From Squalus acanthias (lineage: Eukaryota), in NCBI GenBank assembly GCA_030390025.1, contig CM059432.1, forward strand, positions 46,006,001 to 46,070,000: 64,000 nt of DNA, in the 5' to 3' direction. The notes under the pieces are model-generated. The model ran no database searches, was not told where the DNA came from, and saw only the letters and a program-made list of their open reading frames with translations. Every line of letters begins with the position of its first letter. Position 1 is the first letter of the stretch. This document shows positions 59,140-64,000 of the stretch, one piece after another. A program made the position numbers and the translations under genes.

Positions 59140-59998
59140 AAGATTGGAAAATGTGGCCAGAGGGAGGAGGGCCAACAGGGCTCTCAACAGGAGGCCTTAC
59201 CCTCACAGGGTATTCTGGGAGCTCTTCTCCTACATAAATTTAACTGAGGAGCAGAGTCTGAGAAGGCTCCGCTTCAGCAAGGAGGTGGTCACTGAGCTCT
59301 GCCACCACCTGCAGCCAGAACTCGAGCCTCAGATCAGGACCACCACAGCTCTCTCAGTGGCAGCCAAGGTCACCGTCGCCCTCAATTTCTTCGCCAGCGG
59401 ATCCTTCCACTCTGCAGCAGGAGACATAACTAATATCTCGCAGTTTGCCGTCCATCGCTGCATCCGCGAGGTCACAGAGGCTCTGTACAGAAGGAGAAAT
59501 GACTACATTTCCTTCCCCATCACCAGAGAGAAGCAGGACGAGCGTGTATGTGGCTTTGCCAGGATAGCGGGCTTCCCCATGGTGCAGGGCGCCATTGACT
59601 GCACCCACGTCACTTTGCGGACACCCCATAACAATCCTGAGGTCTTCCGTAACCGTAAAGGCTACCACTCACTTAATGTCCAGTTGGTGTGCGACCACAC
59701 ACAGCGAATCCTCACTTTCAATGCCCGCTATCCTGGCAGCAGCCACGATGCCTTCATCCTGCGCCAGACCGGTGTACGAGCACTCTTCTAGCCACCATAT
59801 CAAGCTCGCGGCTGGCTGGTCGGAGACAAGGGCTATCCGATCTCCACCTGGCTCATGACTCACCTCCGCAACCACAGCACTCCTGCCCAGCACTGATAGA
59901 ATGAGAGCCATGCTGCCACCAGGAACATCATTGAGCAGACTATCGGGGTGCTCAAGCAATGGTTCTGCTGCCTTGACCACTTAGGAGAGCACAGATTT
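59140..59998 (+). pseudogene. Harbinger transposase pseudogene, close relative of 18888-20048
   Basis: LRRLRFSKEVVTELCH, GFPMVQGAIDCTH and GDKGY motifs. Stops ending at 59791 and 59896; truncated after CLDH. Confidence 0.92.
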
Positions 59999-61018
59999 CT
60001 GGCCTGCTGCTACACCAGGAGATCCCGGTGGACTGTGGTGGACCCAGCGATGATGGCAGCAGTCAGAGCTTGTGTGGCATCAAGCTGAGACTGCATGAGA
60101 TCAGTCTGAGACTCGATGGCACCAACCATTGGCTGCATTACAGCACTAAGACATTGCGTGGCTTCCGCCTGTGCTGCAATGGATGCTGCCACATCGCCCA
60201 TGACACGCAGCATGAGGTCTGGGTCACCAGGTTTATCTGAGAGTCCACCATCCTTGGCAGACTGCCAAGGATAGCCTTCATGGTGTGCGCAGAACTCTGT
60301 GAAATGTTGGGGGCGGACTCCTCCATGCTCCTCACCATTGCCAACAGGCTCTCGGGCATCCTTGCCATTGCACCTATCAGTGCATGCCCATATCCCTTCT
60401 TGTGAACACCTCCCCATCAAGGTCCTCATCTGAGTCCTGTGCGGCAGAAATCACGCGCGAACTCCCCTCTGGGGAGCTGGCCCCCGAGCTACCCTTTCCC
60501 CCTGGCCTTGCTGCAGCCCACTCATCCCCAGTGCAGACCCCTCTACTAAACTTGCCTCTAAAGATTGCTTAGTCCCAGTATCTGAGGTGGTGCCTGCGGG
60601 TGAGACATGCATTGACACGGTGCTTTCTTCCTCCTCCTCTTCTCCCGCCTCACTCTCACTGGGAGGGCTCAGAGACAGGCTGGTCAGTTGGTTGCTGATT
60701 ACCTGAAAGCATAAAGGCACAAGACTCGTGTTAAGGTGAGGGCAGGGGGGCAGGAAGTGAGCAAGGAATGCAGACAGTATAATGAGCTGGAATGTGGGAA
60801 AGGCTTGTGGTGTGATGGGGAAGTGGGATGAGAGAAGGAGAGGGGATGAACATACTGTTGTTGTCCCCAAGGGGGTCGACGTCGCTTACGGCCACGGCGC
60901 CCACCACCTGGCACCCAATGACTCTCAGCAGTCGCTCCTCCAGGTCTGTACGCTGTTGGATGTCCACTTCACCACCGCCTGTTCGTTCCTGCTCCCTCCT
61001 ATTGTGGCCCAGCTTGGC
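59999..61018 (-). pseudogene. Harbinger Myb-like gene remnant (exon 2 61018-60856, exon 3 from 60702)
   Basis: AKLGHNRREQERTGGG in a 163-nt exon with AG/GT borders, as at 17293-17455. Exon 3 reads LMQSQLDATQALTAAI, similar to LMQTQIEATRALTAAI. Confidence 0.88.
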
Positions 61019-62147
61019 CTGCAAGAGAAAGGAAAGTGTGTGAGTGAGTATGCAGCTATGAGGTTAACTGGGGAATGGCATTGGGCAGGTTGTCGAAACT
61101 GTCCTCTTTGGCCTCTCAAGAAACAGGGTGTGCAACTCTAAACAGAGGAAGAATCAACATATATAAAATAAGGAACTAAAATATAAAAAATTCTAACAGT
61201 GATTAATGTCCAAGTAACATTATTATCAGGCACATCATTATCTCTTTGCTACTGTCGACCAGGTGCAGCATCTTGAAGAGGGGGAGAGTGCTTACATGCT
61301 GTGAAACAAAAACTCAAATGGCCCAGAACAGCTGGCCCATGAGACTTTAGGGGGAACTGAGAAAGTAACCAAAATATTGGGGATCACTTCTGACGCACCT
61401 TAAAAGCAAATTCATTTGGGCACATAAGCTTCTGCTTTTGCAGCCTGTGCAGTAATTGGAAAGCTACTTCATTGTGCTTTCACCCTTGTGCTTATATAAT
61501 CTAGATGCTGTAAGCTGTATCATAGTACCAGCTTTCCTTGTATTGGCTTAATTCTGATTTGCACACTATTCTTCCCATTCTTATTGAGAATTCTATTACT
61601 TTAAGAGTTGTGGCTGTATAAAACTACTTCATTATCATGCTTAGTAGTGCAGTATATTCAGACTGAAAGCATTGATTAAAGATTAAAGGCAATTAAATAA
61701 ATGGAGCTATAGTTCGCTATCCCTTCCAGCATTATCTTGGCAACTGCTGCATTTGCAACACAATCATTGCTATCGGATCTCAAGTGGGGAGTCAATTTCA
61801 GGAATAAAAATAAAAGTTTTTCTTTCATGGAGAAAATAGAGCAAATTCTGTATATCCTTCACTCAGTCATTATTTTAACTGTCCAATCCGGTATCAGTTC
61901 CCCGAGGGTAACATGAGCAAGATTTATTTCTGCACATTTTAAAAAATATCATTGCGTGATACAGTAATATCTTTGTAACATGGTCTTCTCATCCCTGGGG
62001 CACTTAATTCATTTCAGTATAAAAAATGTTTTGCTTTTATTTCATCTGTCAGCTAAATCCTGTAAAGCACAATATTGTGTTTCTAATTGTTTAATTCAGT
62101 TCAAGGTTGGGTTGTCTACATTGTACAGTTAACATCACTAACACAGT

Positions 62148-63353
62148 GGGAGGAATTTTAACCTAAAAAATGGGTAGGTTTGGGTCGGGTGGGAAGTTAA
62201 AGGGGGAAAAATTCGTTGCTTTGCGCCTCCTGTTAGCGCCCTAAGAAGGGGAGGAAGGCCTGCAATACTGCGGCGCGATGTGCCGGTGTGTGTGGCGCTG
62301 CGGCACATAGCGCCACGATATTCCCTCGCAGCGCCCCAAGAGGGAGGTGGGGCGCTTCCAATAGTGCCACTCTTCCCTCTTGGGGCGCTACCACTCAATT
62401 TCGGCCGTGGGGCGCTAATTTTTCCGGGGCGCGACTCAATTTTTCCCCCAAAGTGTTTAAAATCTGAATACTGACTGCAACCCACCTCCAACCCGCCTAC
62501 TTCTGGTTTTAACAGAGGCGAGACGGGGACGGGCAGCCAACCCACTCCCAGGAGGCTGGTCGTGCATTTAAATATTATAATGAGGCTGGAAGCCTCTGAT
62601 TTAACTTCCATTTTGAATTTAACCTTAGCTGGTTGGGTTTTGCAGGCCTTGTGAAACCCACCAGCTAATGGAAGGCAAGGACTGCTGGATCCAGGAGGTA
62701 AGAGTCTTTACACTTACCTCCTGGATCCAGCGTCCCTACCTATTCCACCCCTGGCGATAGGAGACCCACTCATGAGGCCTCCGAACACCGCCCCCCCCAC
62801 CACCCGGGCTCCGATCGCCCCCTCAGGCCTCCGATCCCCCAACGAGGCCTCCCACCCCGATGCTCCTCCTCCCACCTCCTGCTCCTCCTGGCCCCCCATG
62901 CTCCTCCAGCTGCTGATCGTTCCCTAACCCCCGCTGCTGCCCCCCTGCCCCCCACCCTGCTCCTCTGGCTACCAATCGTTCTCCACCCCTTCCCCTGCTG
63001 CTTCCAGCCCCCAATCATTCTGGAACCCCTCCCCGTGCTGCTCCCGATCCCCGATCATTTCTGGCCCCCTCCCCGGCCCCCAATCGTTCCCGCCTCCCCC
63101 CCCCACCCTGTCCCACTCCTCCAACCTTCCCCGTGCTCCTCCTCGCAAGCCCTTCCTCTTTCCTCCCTGCGGCCTAGTGCCCCAGGCCTACCTGCCCATA
63201 GCCAGCCAGCCTCTCAATCTGGCTGGCTGTGGATGGGAAACACAGGTTTCCCATGCAAATAAGGCCCTGCCATTAAATTCACGTTCCCTCAGGTTTCCAG
63301 ACCGCTTCGGAGACCCCCCACTCCCAATCCGCCTCCCCATTAAAATTGAGGCC
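62148..63353. mobile_element. TIR element (MITE-like) with a C-rich low-complexity core
   Basis: Ends GGGAGGAATTTTAA / TTAAAATTGAGGCC; flanks AGT/ATT. Confidence 0.65.
62202..62449. mobile_element. 248-bp Harbinger MITE nested in 62148-63353
   Basis: TIRs GGGGGAAAAATT / AATTTTTCCCCC; TSD AAA. A deleted version of 30236-31008. Confidence 0.93.
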
Positions 63354-64000
63354 ATTGTGAGTGTGATATTAACTACTTCCATCTTGTTATCGTTTTAGAC
63401 AAATTTTAGTTTTTTTTTCGTCCCTTCAATTTTCAGCCCAGGGATGCCTGTTGCCCTACCTGACTCAAGTGTCTATTCTTCATGTAAGTGTCTAACAGTA
63501 AGTTTTTACAAGCTGTTCTACCATGGGGGCATCACTGACCCAATATTATCCTTGTACAAAAAGCATATAAACACACTTTGGAGATCAGGATCCCTGGTGA
63601 AATTTTGTCTCTCTCTGCTGCCACCATGGCTGAGGTCAGCTAACTCAGCAGAGACCTGGGACTAAACCTGGCCTTTCTGGTCTATATGGTCCAAACGTAT
63701 TAAAATAATATGTAGTATTATCTGTTCAGTTTCCCACAGACTGTTTCCAGTAATCTCAGGCAATTGGCCTTTAAACTTCCAGTTCACCCTGGATTAAACC
63801 ATAATCCTTTTAATGTTGAAAAAATAAGTGGAACATAATGGGAGAGCAAAAAATGCAACAGGTGATGGAGTCCCTCAGGGGAAGCCATTAACTGCATATG
63901 GGAACAGACTTGTTCAATTCATTGGCAGGGAGGCTTTGAAGATGTGGGGCCTCAGCAAAGTGAAGAAGTGTGCAGATGGATATGCAGATCAAATGGTGTG

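Noticed and set aside
62760..63170. C-rich tract with G-quadruplex potential on the minus strand and Gly/Pro-rich ORFs
   Set aside because: Low-complexity interior of a MITE-like element; no evidence of function.

Overview
Eukaryotic, repeat-dense genomic DNA, most likely from a cartilaginous fish (inferred from the CR1/L2 LINE, DeuSINE-like SINE, Penelope and PIF/Harbinger repeat content). I found no host protein-coding exon, so the window is probably intergenic or part of a large intron. Main contents: (1) A very young, full-length Ty3/Gypsy LTR retrotransposon (1411-5888, minus strand) with Mag-like Gag, identical 194-bp LTRs and a GTGGG target-site duplication (TSD). It has no tRNA-type primer-binding site (PBS). 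Instead, the 11 nt at the PBS position are perfectly complementary to its own LTR, which suggests self-priming. It also has a YLDN reverse transcriptase (RT) motif and a duplicated PPT/U3 junction. (2) A near-intact two-gene PIF/Harbinger transposon (16305-20559) with a DDE transposase and a 3-exon Myb/SANT-like partner gene, plus several non-autonomous derivatives, MITEs and decayed relatives from other Harbinger families. (3) A 5'-truncated but uninterrupted Penelope-like element (44077-46465; RT plus GIY-YIG) with a 13-bp TSD and a minimal hammerhead ribozyme motif. (4) A ~1.6-kb solo LTR with a 4-bp TSD, split by a young CR1. (5) Many CR1, L2 and other LINE and SINE fragments, nested up to three levels deep, including one CR1 rearranged between Harbinger ends. 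Boundaries given with TSDs were read base by base; boundaries of old fragments are approximate.
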